Of a stretch of 64,000 bases of DNA, positions 32,373 to 51,693 are shown piece by piece (position 1 is the first letter of the stretch; each line of letters begins with the position of its first letter). The notes under the pieces were generated by a model. It was not told the origin of the DNA. It saw only the letters and a list, made by a program, of their open reading frames with translations, and searched no databases. Position numbers and translations under genes: made by a program. This stretch comes from the human T2T-CHM13v2.0 reference genome, Homo sapiens. The stretch lies in assembly GCF_009914755.1 (NCBI RefSeq), contig NC_060931.1; one strand, 5' to 3'.

Positions 32373-32784
32373 TCACAGAATGAAATTAGCAGATGTATCA
32401 TTACCAGAAATGGTCAGGATAGAATCCTGAAGTTTCAAAATAGGTCTTTATAGTCCTACCTATTCCTTTCATGGTGGTCATTATCCAGGAAGCAGCTGAA
32501 AGGAGATGATGTCTTTCAGGGGATAGCGGTGTTTAAGGATTAAACACTCTTATTGAAGTGTGTGTGGACTAAGAGGAAATGAGGGACATAGACTATCAGC
32601 CCATTGTGCTGCTATTGCCTGTATATTATATATGTTATAAACCTACTAACAATTCAGTGTTATAGTTGTTGCTTTATGAAATGTGATGTCTTAAGGAAAT
32701 TAAGAGAAGAGCAAAAATTTATGTTTACTCTTTTCTGTTTACTCACATACTTATTTAAAATTTAAAAAATTTATCTATGTATTT

Positions 32785-33582
32785 TTATTACAATTTTAAA
32801 CATAACATAAAATTCACGATTTTTACCATTCTTAGGTGTATGGTTCTGTGGTATTAAGTACATTCACATTGCTGTGCACCCATTATCACCATCCATCCAC
32901 AGAACTGTTTAATCTTCACAAACTGAAACTCCGTACCTGTTAAATACTTAACTCCTCATTCCCTTCTGTTCCCAGCCCTGGCAGCCAACATTCTTTCTGT
33001 CTCTTTGAATTTCAGTACTCTAGGTACCTCATAGATGAGGACTCATGCAATATTTATCCTTTGGTGACTGGCTTCTTTCACTTCGTGTAATGTTTTCAAG
33101 GTTCATTCATGTTGTAGCGTGGGTCAGAATTTCCTTCCTTTTTAAGATGATATAATTTTCTATTATATGTAAATATCACATTTGTTTATTCATTCATCTG
33201 TTGATGGACACTTGGGTTGCTTCTACCTTTGGCTATTGTGAATAATGCTGATGTGAATATGGACGTACAGATATCTGTTTGTGTCTCTGCTTTCAGTTCT
33301 TTTAGGTATGTACCCAGAAGTGGACTTGTTGAATCATGTGGTGATTCTGTTTATTTTTTTGAGGAACTGCTGTGCTGTTTTCCATGGTGCTGCACCATTT
33401 TACATTCCCACTAACAGTTCACAAGGGTTCCAGTTTCTCCAGATCTTTACCAATACCTGTTATTTTGGTTTTTTGATAATAGCCAACCTAATGGGTATGA
33501 AGTATCTTACTGTGATTTTTACTTGTCTTTTTCTAATGACTTTGTGATATTGGAGAAATGTCTACTTAAGTCCAGTGCCCAC
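32785..33582 (-). mobile_element. L1MA/MB-type 3' region; resumes at 40011-40148
   Basis: CATAACATAAAATT...GTACATTCACATTG...CTAGGTACCTCAT...GGAGAAATGTCTA; continues after the L1PA+Alu as TTGAGTTGTAGGAGTTCTTTATAT. Confidence 0.8.
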
Positions 33583-33806
33583 TTTTTTTTCTTTTTTTTT
33601 TTATTATACTTTAAGTTCTAGGGTACATGTGTACAACGTGCAGATTTGTTACATATGTATACATGTGCCATGTTGGTGTGCTGCACCCGTTAACTCATCA
33701 TTTACATTAGGTATATCTCCTAATGCTATCTCTCGCCCCTCCCCCCACCCCATGACAGGCCCCGGTGTGTGATGTTTTGCACTCTGTGTCCAAGTGTGCT
33801 CATTGT

Positions 33807-37627
<3,821 letters not shown>

Positions 37628-37691
37628 TATGATGTTAGCTGGTTATTTTGCTCATTAGTTGATGTTAGTTCCTTCCTAGCGTGGATGGTCT

Positions 37692-38716
37692 TTACAATTT
37701 GGCATGTTTTTGCAGTGGCTGGTACCAGTTGTTCCTTTCCATGTTTAGTGCTTCCTTCAGGAGCTCTTTTAGGGCAGGCCTGGTGGTGACAAAATCTCTC
37801 AGCATTTGCTTGTCTGTAAAGGATTTTATTTCTCCTCCACTTATGAAGCTTAGTTTGGCTGGATATGAAATTCTGGGTTGAAAATTCTTTTCTTTAAGAA
37901 TGTTGAATATTGGCCCCCATTCTCTTCTGGCTTGTAGAGTTTCTGCCGAGAGATCCACTGTTAGTCTGATGGGCTTCCCTTTGTGGGTAACCCGACCTTT
38001 CTCTCTGGCTGCCCTTAACATTTTTTCCTTCATTTCAACTTTGGTGAATCTGACAGTTATGTGTCTTGGAGTTGCTTTTCTCGAGGAGTATCTTTGTGGC
38101 ATTCTCTGTATTTCCTGAATTTGAGTGTTAGCCTGCCTTGCTAGGTTAGGGAAGTTCTCCTGGATAATATCCTGAAGAGTGTTTTCCAACTTGGTTCCTT
38201 TCTCCCCGTCACTTTCAGGTACAACAATCAGACGCAGATTTGGTCTTTCACATAGTCCCATATTTCTTGGAGGCTTTGTTCATTTCTTTTCACTCTTTTT
38301 TCTCTAAACTTGTCTTCTCGCTTCATTTCATTCATTTGATCTTCAGTCACTGATACCCTTTCTTCCACTTGATCAAATTGGCTACTGAATCTTGTGCATG
38401 CATCACGTAGTTCTTGTGCCATGGTTTTCAGCTCCATCAGGTCATTTAAGGTCTTCTCTGTACTGTTTATTCTAGTTAGCCATTTGTCTAATCTTTTTTG
38501 AAGGTTTTTAGCTTCTTTGCAGTGGGTTCGAACATCCTCCTTTAGCTTGGAGAAGTTTGTTATTACTGATTGTCTGAAGCCGCCTTCTCTCAACTCGTCA
38601 AAGTCATTCTCTTTCCTGCTTTGTTCTGTTGGTGGCGAGGAGCTGTGTTCTTTTGGAGGAGAAGAGGCGCTCTGATTTTTAGAATCGTTAGCTTTTCTGC
38701 TCTGGTTTCTCCCCAT
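37692..38716 (-). pseudogene. L1 ORF1p, frameshifted
   Basis: Overlapping ORFs 38228-38716 (coiled coil) and 37692-38261 (RPNLRL...TLQARREW...YPAKLS). Confidence 0.95.
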
Positions 38717-39290
38717 CTTTGTGGTTTATCTACCTTTGGTCTTTGATGATGGTGACGTACAAATGGGGTTTTGGTGTGGATGTCCTTTCTGTTTGTTAGT
38801 TTTCCTTCTAACAGTCAGGACCCTCAGCTGCAGGTCTGTTGTAGTTTGCTGGAGGTCCACTCCAGACCCTGTTTTCCTGGGTATCACCAGCAGAGGCTAC
38901 AGAACAGCAAATATTGCAGAACGGCAAATGTTGCTGCCTGATCCTTTCTCTGGAAGCTTTGTCTCATAGGGGCACCCAGCTGTATGAGGTGTCAGTTGGC
39001 CCCTACTGGGAGGTGTCTCCCAGTTAGGCTACTCGGGGTTCAGGGACCCACTTGAGGAGGCAGTCTGTCCATTCTCAGATCTCAAACTCCGTGCCCAGAG
39101 AACCACTACTCTCTTCAAAGCTGTCAGACAGGGACATTTAAGTCTGCAGAAGTTTTTGGTGCCTTTTGTTCAGCTATGCCCTGCTGCCAGAGGTGGAGTC
39201 TACAGAGGCAGGCAGGCCTCCTTGAGCTGCGGTGGGCTCCACCCAGTTTGAGCTTCCAGGCTGCTTTGTTTACCTACTCAAGCCTCAGTA

Positions 39291-39365
39291 ATGGTGGATG
39301 CCCCTTCCCTAGCCTCGCTGCCGCCTTGCAGTTTGATCTCAGACTTCTGTGCTAGCAGTGATTGA
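39291..39365 (+). pseudogene. L1 ORF0 remnant with premature stop (MVDAPSLASLPPCSLISDFCASSD*)
   Basis: Antisense frame in the L1 5'UTR matching the recalled ORF0 N-terminus MAGAPPPASLPPCSLISDCCAS; TGA at 39363-39365. Confidence 0.8.
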
Positions 39366-39717
39366 GGCTGTGTGGGTGTTGGACCCTCCTAACCAGGCGC
39401 GGGATATAATCTCCTGGTGTGCCGTTTGCTAAGACTGTTGGAAAAGCGCAGTATTAGGGTGGGAGTGTCCCGATTTTCCAGATACTGTCTGTCATGGCTT
39501 CCTTTAGCTAGGAATGGGAATTCCCTGACCCCTTGTGCTTCCCAGTTGAGGCGATGCCCCGCCCTGCACCGTGGGCCGCACCCACTGTCCGACAAGCCCA
39601 AGTGAGTTGAACCCAGTACCTCAGTTGGAAATGCAGAAATCACCCGTCTTCTGCGTTGCTCACCCTGGGAGCTGTAGACTGGAGCTGTTCCTATTCGGCC
39701 ATCTTGCATGAGAAATC

Positions 39718-40010
39718 TTTTTTTTTTTTTTTTGAGACGGAGTCTCACTCTGTTGCCCAGGCTGGAGTGCAGTGGCGCAATCTCAGCTCACTCCAACCTC
39801 CGCCTCCTGGGTTCATGCCATTCTCCTTAGCCTCCTGAGTAGCTGGGACTACAGGCCCCCACCACCATGCCTGGCTAATTTTTTGTATTTTTAGTAGAGA
39901 CGGGGTTTCACCATGTTAGCCAGGATGGTCTTGATCTCCTGACCTCGTGATCCGCCCGCCTTGGCCTCCGTAAGTGTTGGGATTACAGGCGTGAGCCACC
40001 GTGCCCGGCC
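39718..40010 (-). mobile_element. Alu (AluSc/AluY-like) abutting the L1 5' end
   Basis: Reverse Alu; its TSD AGTCC(A/T)GTGCCCACTTTT lies at 33569-33586 and 40011-40028. Confidence 0.95.
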
Positions 40011-40148
40011 AGTCCTGTGCCCACTTTTAAATTGGGTTGCTTGTTTTTGTTGTTGTTGTTGTTGAGTTGTAGGAGTTCTTTATATAGTCTAGATATTAAT
40101 CCCTTGTCAGATACATGGTTTATAAATATTTTATATCATTCTGTGGGT

Positions 40149-42050
40149 CACATATTTACCTTTTCTGGTGCTCTTTATTTCTTCCTGTAGATTTGAGTTA
40201 CTATCTAGTATCATTTCCTTTTAGCCTGAAAGAGTTCCTTTAATTCCTTGTTAGGTGCATTTGCTAGCTGCAAATACTCCTAGTCAGTGTTATCTATCTG
40301 GACATGAGTTCATTTCACTGTCCTCATTAAAAGATAGTTTGGCTAAATAGAGAATTCTTGGGCAATAGTTTTTTCTATTAGCACTTGGAATATACCATCT
40401 CACTACCTTCTGACTTCCATTGTTTCTGATGAGCAGTTAGTAATTGTTTTGTTGTTCCCCTGTATGAAATAAATCATTTCTCTCTTACTGCTTTGACAAT
40501 TTTCTCTGGTTTTGAGTTTAACAGTTTGATTAAAATGTGTGTGGGTATGGATTTCATTGTGTTTATTCTATGCTGAGGTTCATTGAACTTCTAGAATCTA
40601 CATAAATGTTTTTGTAAAATTTGGAAAGTTGGCCATTTTATTGTAACATTTTTCTTTGCTTCTCTCTCTGTTTCCATTTTTTATGGAACTTCTATTATAC
40701 TTAGGCTAGTATACTTGATGTCTCACAGATATCTACGACTGTCTATTTTTATTCATTCTTTTTTTCCGTTTTTCAAATTGAATAATTTCCCTTAATCTGT
40801 CATCAGGTTCCTGATTCTTTCTTTTGCCACTTCAAATCTCTTGAGCCCACCTAATGAGTTTTTCATCTCAGTTATTGTGCTTTTTAACTCCAGAACTTGC
40901 TTTTTTTTTTTTTAGAATTTCTCTCTTTATTGAGATTCTTTATTGAGTCGTTTTTACTCTTTGATTGATTAAACCTGATTTCCTTTAGCTCTGTGAACAT
41001 ATTTATAATAGCTGCCTTGAAATTGAAATCTTTGCTAAGTCTAACAACTGGCCCAATTGTAGATCATATCTGTTGACTGCTTTTTTCTGGAATATGTATC
41101 ACACTTCCTGTTTCTCTGCATATCTTACAAGTTTGCTGAGGACTGGACATTTTAGATTATACATTGTAGCAGTTCTGGATTCTGATTTCCTCCCTCTCCA
41201 GGTTGTTGCTTATTTTTTTTTTTTTTTTTTTTTTTGTAGCTTGTCTACTAAATCTGTATGCTCTGTCTTTGCCATGGTATGTGGCTGCTAATGTTTCTGC
41301 TTTTCGTTTGTTTGTTTTTATTTTTAACCCTGGCCTCTCAAGGTTAGCCCCTGTATCTTCGTGATGCAGTGACCAGTGGTTGGTCAGATTATAAGGGCAA
41401 TGGGACTTGTGTGAGTTTGGGGGCATATCCAAATTTTAGGCAGTTTTCAAGTATACTAGCTTTTACTTTCTGCCAAGCTAACTCATACCTCCTCTAAGTG
41501 CGCTGTAGCCACCTCGACAGCCTAGAGATATGTAGAGGGCTAGGGCACTGCCCAGTTTCTCCGTCCTACCCACACTGCCTTCCAGGCAGCCACGGATGCT
41601 TGGAGAATTTATCAAGTGCCTCCGTGTCTGCCTCATTTTCTGTTAAATTTCTGGTTAGTTCACTGCATCCAGGACCAAGTGTCAGGCTCTCTAAGCTTCT
41701 ACCCTTCCTGCTTGTTTGTCGGTTTTTTGGTTTTGTTTTGTTTTTGCTTTTCTTGTATTCTCTCAATCAAGTTAGCCTCTTCCTGCAAAGCTGGTAGAAC
41801 CACCATGCTGACCAACCTGGTGGGTGAGGGATTGCAGCCCTAGGCAGGAATGCCATGGGCTACCACTGTCCTAACTCAAAATCAGTAGCTATTTTTATGA
41901 ATAAATTCTTAATTTGTTGTATGCCTTTGGTTGATTTCCAGAGCCCTGATCCTTTTTTTTTTTTTTTTTTTTTCCAGTTTTGTTTAGTTTCCTCATTGCC
42001 TTTTGAGATGAGGACTGGCCATGCTCCTCATTCTGCTGTATTGTGCTTCT
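40149..42050 (-). mobile_element. Old L1M ORF1/5' region; probably continues at ~32600-32760
   Basis: AAAGATAGTTTGGCT..AGAATTCTTG, GTTTCTGATGAG, AAATTTGGAAAGTT..GCCATT and CAGTTATTGTGCTTTTTAACTCCAGAA are typical antisense L1M ORF1; boundaries approximate. Confidence 0.7.
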
Positions 42051-42075
42051 AAAGATAGTTTTCAAGTAACCAAGG

Positions 42076-42694
<619 letters not shown>

Positions 42695-42744
42695 TTAGGT
42701 TTTCCTCATTTTCATCAAGAATATATTTATAAAGGAAGAAAAGA

Positions 42745-43130
<386 letters not shown>

Positions 43131-44023
43131 TGAAATGTTCATATTTCAAACATAAGAAGGGATTAAAACAAAAATGTTTTCTTGCTAATAATCAGTCTTT
43201 TAAATGTATCTAATCGCTTTTCAAAATTTTAAAATTTAATACTTTCTAAAAATATGCAACTTCTGTAATTATCAGAATCAAGGCACTAAAATTTCTTGGG
43301 AAATAGGAAAAAATTTCATTAACAATGTTATAGTAAAACTGAGAACCTTATTTCTAATAAAAATTAAAACATTCACTTAAAAAGGAATATTGAGCCAACG
43401 TCTACCTCACTCTTGTAATAATATAGTTTCCTCTATACCTTTGATGTAGGCAAACCCCAGGGTTCTACCAGTTTTGCTGCAAGAGGAAACTGATTTGATT
43501 GAGAGAACACAAGAAAAGCACACACATACACACAAATACAGCCCCTGCCCAGCAGCACCATTGGTTACAGTGACCTGGGTGACGGACATGCAGGAAGTCT
43601 AGAAGCTCAGATAGCCTGAGGCTGGGTCCTGGCTGCCGCAAACAGACCAGCAAACTAACCAGAAATTTAACAGGAAGTGAGACAGTCACAGAGGCACTTG
43701 ATAAACTCTACAAGCCTCCATGACGTGTAATTGTTATGACATGTAATTGTCCCAAGGTAGACTTACTGGCTTTTTCTATCGGTAGAGTGGTGGTGGCCAT
43801 AGGTTGCAAGCATCCTGGCCTCCCAGCTGCCACCTGGTCTAGCTGTTTAAAGAAGTAAGCCAGTGGTCTAGGATTCTTCCTGAATCTTTCAGTTAGAACA
43901 CCCAAAGCTATTCCTTGTTTTTCAGCCACATAAAGATTGCTGGATCAATCCATTAGGAATGCCTGTTAGCAGGTTCTGTCTCAATTTAAAGGCTCCTGAT
44001 TATTCCCTTTTAGAGCTTCATAG

Positions 44024-44510
<487 letters not shown>

Positions 44511-47063
44511 TGAGAATGTATCCCATGTATTTAACTTTTTGAATAGAAATTTGGGCCTCGTTGGGGGGGTATACTCAATACCCTCATTTCCCCACAAAAT
44601 TAAGGACCTGTATTGTATTTTTTTCAGAGTCCTCCCTAGTAACGCTGAAAATTAATATGGTCATTCACATGTTGTAGGAAGGATCCATTTATTAAGCTGT
44701 AGTTACCTTATTTCTTTTGCCAATGCATTTTCAAATAAATGAGGATTATCCCTAAAACCTTGAGGGAGGACAGTCCAGGTAAACTGAAATGTAGCAAGAG
44801 TGTCTGCATTAGTCCATTCAAAAGCAAAAGTATACTGGAAATATAGTGGGAGTCTGGGTGCAAATGTGTGCTAAAGAAAGTACCCCTTAAGTCTAATACC
44901 ACGAATCAGTTATCATTTTCAGGGGTCAATATTGTGTAAGAATTAGGAGCTATTGGAGCTATTAGGAGCTAGTAGGAGTCCTTGTATAAGGACTGGGAGT
45001 ACTGCTTCATTAACTGCCCTCAGTTCCTAAATTAATCTCTGTTCCCCATTTGATTTACTTATGGGCAAAATAGGGATGTTACGTGGGTACTGACAGGGCC
45101 AGTTAGTACTTTAAAGTCTATACTTTAAAAGCTTTACTGTCATGGGTTGTGGGCCCCATTGTGTTTCTGGTCTCAAAAATTATTGTTTTTTTCCGTGGTA
45201 ACCAACATTGAGTTTTAAACAAAACTGGACTGGGGTTACATTAGCAGCTCTACCGGGAACTTCCATGTCTGAAACAGAGGACTACTTGAGAAGTGATATG
45301 CAGTGGAAGAGAGGTCTTTTCTTTACCTGTATGAAGGCAAGCACTTAGAGCTAGAAGTAGTATTCCTGCCTGGCCTATTGCATTTTTATGAGGCTCTCCT
45401 AATTGAACTGTGGCCTGTAAGTGGGAACATAAGTCTCTTCCCAGTAAAGGAATAGGACACTTAGGCATAAGCAAGAACCTGTGGAAAAATGTGTGGTCCC
45501 GCATGGTACAACCAAAGGAGTATGTGAATCTCCTAATTTTTGGCTGGTTGTCAATCCCAGTTATGGTACAAGACTGTAAAGACAGTATCCCTGAGAAATG
45601 GGTCAGCACTGAGAAGGCTGCTCCCTTGTCTAGTAAGAACTCAGTATCCTTGCCTGCTACATCAAGGGCTATCTGAGGCTCCTCTGTGGAGATGGTAAGG
45701 TGTCATTGGGAGCTCTGGGGAACCTTGGGGCCTATCAGTCCTCTATTCTCTTGGCCATTATGGGTTTGGGTGGCCTTTGGAGCCTGGGGTAGTCCCTTTT
45801 CCAGTGGCCCTCTTAGTGACAGTAGGCACACTGATTCTGGTTACAGGACCAGCAAGTCAGGGGCTCTTGTCTGGGCATTCCAGACACTGATCTTGCAACA
45901 CTTCCTCGAGATGGATAACCCTGAGGCAGAAGAGTGCTTAAGGCAGTTGTGAACGATTGTACTTTTTGGCTATTTCTTTTGTGTGTGTTTTTTCTGCCTG
46001 CTTTGCCTGTCCCTATTTTTGTAAACTCCAAAGGCCATGTTTAAGAGTTAGCTCATGGGGGGTTGAGGTCCTATTTTTGCCTATTGTAGCTTCCTCCTAA
46101 TGTCAGGAGCAGATTGAGTGATAAAATGCATACCAGGGATAGCTCACCCTTTCGGGGAATCTGGGTCTACATTAGTGTATTTCCTGAGTGCCTCAACCAA
46201 ACAGCCCTGGAACAGAGAGGGATTTTATTCTTCTCCTGAGTTACTTCTCTAACCTTGTCATAATTTACTAGCCTAACCACACACTTTTCCATACCTTTTG
46301 TTAAACAAGTTGCCACGTGATTTCTGCATTTAAGGTCTTGGGAACCCCTCTGGTAATCCCACTGAAGGTCTGGATCTGGAACTGCATCGCACCCCACAAG
46401 AAAAATGGCTCGGCCTTGGTTATGAGTGGCCACTCCATCTACATATTCATGGACAGTACCCAGAATCATTTGTTTATCCTCTACCATACATCAGATGGAC
46501 AATAATATTTGCAACTCATGTCAAGTTAAGTCGAAAGACTTGGCCAACTTAATAAACTCCTATATAAACTTCTCTGGATCCTCCAAAAACTGACCAAATT
46601 TCTCCTTTGCATAAAGCCAAATCACACATAGAAAAAGGTACATGTTTGTGGACTCTCCCTCCATCTCCATCAGCTACCTCCTGCAAGGGATGCAGGTTTG
46701 ATTTGGGGGGCTGATGTGAGGTCCCACTCCTGGTGGCACTGGTTGGATTCACTTCCTTGGGCAGTCGGGGGTATAGGCTGAGGCTAGCTGTAAAAGCCGG
46801 AGGGGTGTTTGGTGACTTTGGGGGTAGAATCTTACACTGGAGACCTGGCAGGACCCCCCTCAGAATCAAGGGACCGAGGGGGCTCCCAGGGGAGAGAGTG
46901 TGGCCCTTCTAGGTGGAGTGGCTAGAAGGAGATAATCTAGGATATCTGGTGTGGCTTCTTGGTGCCTGGAAGTAACATGAGCTAGACACATCCTACAGTT
47001 GTCCCTTAAGTCAAGATCCTGATAAAATGCCATAAAAGCCTGCACATAAGGGGCCTCTCCTCA

Positions 47064-47486
<423 letters not shown>

Positions 47487-47698
47487 CTAAAGAAAATTAG
47501 TTTCTTTTTAAGCGATTTAATTTGACTTTGCTTCAGTTGCCTAAAAAGCACCCTAGCAATGAGTCCTCTGGGATGCTTCCCGTTGTCCCCCTAACAGGGA
47601 TCTCTGCTAGACAGTAGTACAAATGCCATCAATTCCTGAGAGCCTAAGTACAGTTAGGGTGTGAAGAAAGTCAATTATGAGGTATGAATGGGTAGTGA

Positions 47699-48031
<333 letters not shown>

Positions 48032-48884
48032 AAGAGATGTTTTAATAAGCAAAGTGTAGAAGGATAGGTAAAGTAGGGTGACAGGATTCTCATAGTCTGA
48101 ATTCCAAAAAAAGCACAGAAAGAGGAGGCTGAAAATGATCAGTATGACAAAGACCAACAACCCTAACAGGGTGCCAAATGCTGAAAAACCTGGAACATGA
48201 AATGCCAAAAAACCCAGAGCATCCAGGAGTTGGCCCATCATGAACCCCAAAGGCACGAGACCTAACACAGTTGGGGCCACTGGACAACGTGACTCTGGCA
48301 TCCCAAAGTTAGCACAACAGAGGACTTCTGAAAATTACCAAAAGAGGATTCAAAACAGACTAGGAAAGTGTCCCGACTTACATAGAATAGAAACAGTTGC
48401 TCAGATAGCCAAAGCAAAGACAACAGATGTGAAAGAAAACAAAATAAGCATTAGAATAAAACAGCCATTTATTAGAGACTAAAGAGACAAAAAGATTTGA
48501 GAGAAAGCGTGACAAGGACATGGCAGGCGTGCTCCTGTCTGGGACACCCAAATGATAGGGGATAATGAACTACCAAGCCAGAGGCCTTGTTCCCTCTTCT
48601 TGGTTCACCCAAAAAGATCAATGTCAAGGGGGAACAGAGGGGAGACTCACCTGTCCTTCGAAGCCATATGGTGTTGATTGGTCTTAAATTGGCATCTGGG
48701 TGAAGGTTTCCCTCAGTTTTGCTTAGATTATTAGTCACCAGGAATGATGATTGGCTCTAAAAAGAGCCTTTGGCTCCTGTACAGCTCTACAGCCTTATAG
48801 AGTTAGAGCTCCATAGTGTTATAGCTCCAGAGCCCCAATTTTTACTGAGCCCCTTTGTCATGTTCATCTTGTTCAGTGTTGTTT

Positions 48885-48902
48885 ATTCCTTCATGGTTGC
48901 CA
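48885..48902 (-). promoter_or_regulatory. ERV primer-binding site (tRNA-Arg-like)
   Basis: Minus strand TGGCAACCATGAAGGAAT, 3 nt after the LTR CA end; resembles the HERV9/HERV-W-type PBS TGGCGACCACGAAGGGAC. Confidence 0.7.
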
Positions 48903-48905
48903 GGC

Positions 48906-49694
48906 TGATACAAGTGAACCCCAGAATTGGGGCTCACCCTGGGAGAGTTCTTGGCTTTGCTCAGGAAACAATTCAAGAAAAGCAAGTTCTTACAGCAACA
49001 GTGTCCAGCCAAATGACTGCTCCATAGACAGAGCAGAGCTATCCCAGAGCAGAGTGGGCAGAGTGGCTCATAGCAGCCCTTGTGGATTGCTGGCTAGCTA
49101 TATTTATACCCACTTTTAATTACATGCTAAATAAGGGGTGAGTTATTCATGAACTTTCTAGAAAAGGGGTGAGGAGTTCCCAGAACCATGTAAGGTAACC
49201 TCCAGGTCATTGCTGTGGCATCATTTGTAAACTGTTGTGGTGCTGGTGGGAATGTCTTATGCAAATGAACTATAATTCCTAGTCCTAGCTGGTTTGGGCT
49301 GGTCTCTTTACTACATCATAGTTTTTGTTTTTGTTTTCATTTTGTTTTTTTAAGAGACAGGTTTTCACTTTGTTGCCCAGGCTGGTGTGCAGTGACATGA
49401 TCTTGGCTCACTGCAGCCTTGACCTCCTGGGCTCAAGCAGTCTTCCCACCTCAGGCTCCCAAGTAGCTGGGACTACAGGCAGGCACCACCACACTCAGCT
49501 AATTTTTTTTTTTTTTTTTAAGAGATGAGGTCTCACTATGTTGCCTAGACTGGTCTCAAACACCTGGACTCAAGCAGTCCTTCCACCTCAGCCTCCTAAA
49601 TTGTGGAACTACAGACATGAGCCACTGTGCTTGGCCTACATTCTGTTTTGATCAGCAGTGTCATGAAAACAAGCCCTGTTAATCTCCTATCTTA
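48906..49694 (-). mobile_element. ERV1 5' LTR (MER66-type) interrupted by an AluJ-like element at 49322-49636
   Basis: Minus strand TAAGATAGGAGATT...GGGTATAAATATAG...GGGGTTCACTTGTATCA, followed by PBS and gag. Confidence 0.87.
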
Positions 49695-49913
49695 CTAGCA
49701 AGGTGAAGAAATAGAAAAATAAGAATATCATAATCATACTACCGAGGAATAGCTACCATACAAACTTTGGTGTCTATCCTACCAGAATTTTTTCATGGAT
49801 ATTTTCTGTAGGTTCAAACTATGCATCTATATTGAAACTCTCTTAAAAAAAATAGTAAAAGTTGGTGAACAATTTCCAATGTCATTAGATACTCCTGTAA
49901 AACATAATTTTTA

Positions 49914-51693
49914 GGAGGGGCAGAGCAAGATGACTGAATAGAAGCCTCAACCAGTTGTTCCTCCCCCACCCCACGGAAGGACATTATTGAACAACTATCC
50001 AAAAGAAACACCTTCATAAGAACCAAAATCAGGTGAGCACTCACAGTACCTGTTTTAACTCTATAGAACTGAAATGGCCACTGAGGAGGGTAGGAGACAG
50101 TCTTGGGTTACCAGCACCACCCCTCCACCATCCTCCAGCAGTGGCCGCATGGTGCAGAGAGATAATCCATGTGCTTGGGAGACAGAGAGAGTGTAGCAGT
50201 TGTGAGACATTATATCGCACTCAGTAATGCCCTGTCACAGCAAGAAGCAAAAGCAAACTAACTCAGCTGATGCCTGCCCACAGAAGGAATATTTAAACCA
50301 GCCCTAGCTAGAGGAGAATTGCCCATCCCAACAGTTGGAAAGTTCCGGCAAGCCTCACCACCTTGGGCTAAAGTGCTCTGGGGCCGTAAATAAACTTGAA
50401 AAACAGTCTAGGCCACAAAGACTTGAACTCCTAGGCAAATCCTAGTGCTGATGTGGGCTCAGAGCCATTGGACTGGAGAGGCACGCGAGTTACTGAGACA
50501 CTGGGATGGCTAAGGGAATGCTGGCATCACCCTTTCCACAACCCCAGGCTTCATAGCTTGCAGCTCCAATTGAGACCCTTTTCTTCTGCTTGAAGAGAGG
50601 AGAGGGAAAAGTAAAGAGGACTTTGTCTTGCATCTTTGATACCAGCTCAGCCACAGTAGGGTAGGGTGGTACCCGTTAGAGCCACGAGGCCCTCTTCCCA
50701 GGCCCTCATTCCTGGACGATACTTCTAGACATACCCAGGGCCAGAAGGGAACCTACTGCCTTGAAGGGAAGGACCCAGTACTGGCAGGACCCATCACCTG
50801 CAGACTAAAGAGCTTTGGGCCCTGAATAACCAGCAGCAATACTCAGGTAGTACACTGTGGACCTTGGGTGAGTCTTTGAGACTTGCTGGCTTCAGGTGAG
50901 ACTTTACACATTACCAGCTGTGGTGGCTACAGGGAGAGACTTCCTTTTGCTTGCGAAAAGCAGAGGGAAAAGTAAAGGGGACTGGATCTTGCACCTTAGG
51001 TACTAGCTCAGCCACAGAGGGGTAGAGGACTAAGTGGGCTTTTGGGGTCCCCAATTCTAGGACTTGACTCATTGATGACTTTTCTGGACTTGCCCTAGGC
51101 CAGAGGGGAGCCCACTGCCCAAAGGGAGCATCCCACGCTAGGCACCCTTCATCATAAGCGACTGAAGAGCCCTCCCTAAGGGAACATCAGCAGTAGCCTG
51201 GCAGTACGCCCCATAGGTCTATAGTGGTGGTGGCCACAGGGTGAGGTTCCTCTGCTTAAGGAAAGGGGAGAGAAGAGTGGGAAGGACTGTCTCAGTGCCA
51301 GCTCAGCCACAGTACAGTAGAACACCAAGTAGACTTCTAAGATTTTTGACTGTAGTCCCTGGCTTGCTGATGGCACCTCTGGATCTGCCTGGGGCTTGGG
51401 AGCTCGCCACCATGAAGGGAAGGACACAAGCCTGGCTGACTTCACTTCCTGCTGATTGTAGAGCCCCAGGGCCTTGAGTGAACATAGGCCATAGCCAGGT
51501 GGTAGTCACAGCAGGCCTTGGGTGAGATCCCAGTGCCAGCTTCTGGTCTGACCAAGTGCAGTCCCAGTGGTGGTGGTCACATCTCCAGGCAGCTCAAAAC
51601 ACAGAGAGAGTCTCTGTGTTTGTTTGGGAGAAAATAGGGGAAGAGAACAAGAGTCTCTGCCTGGTAATCCAGATAGTTCTTCCAGATCTTATC
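49914..51693 (+). mobile_element. L1 5'UTR-only insertion (L1MA/L1PB-era 5' end) with ~300-360-bp internal repeats
   Basis: Starts GGAGGGGCAGAGCAAGATGACTGAATAGAAG; repeated GAGGGAAAAGTAAAG(A/G)GGACT at ~50602 and ~50963; perfect TSD TAAAACATAATTTTTA at 49898-49913 and 51694-51709. Confidence 0.85.

Noticed and set aside
50590-51480. Spaced ~300-360-bp repeats as a novel array
   Set aside because: Explained as monomer repeats of an old L1 5'UTR
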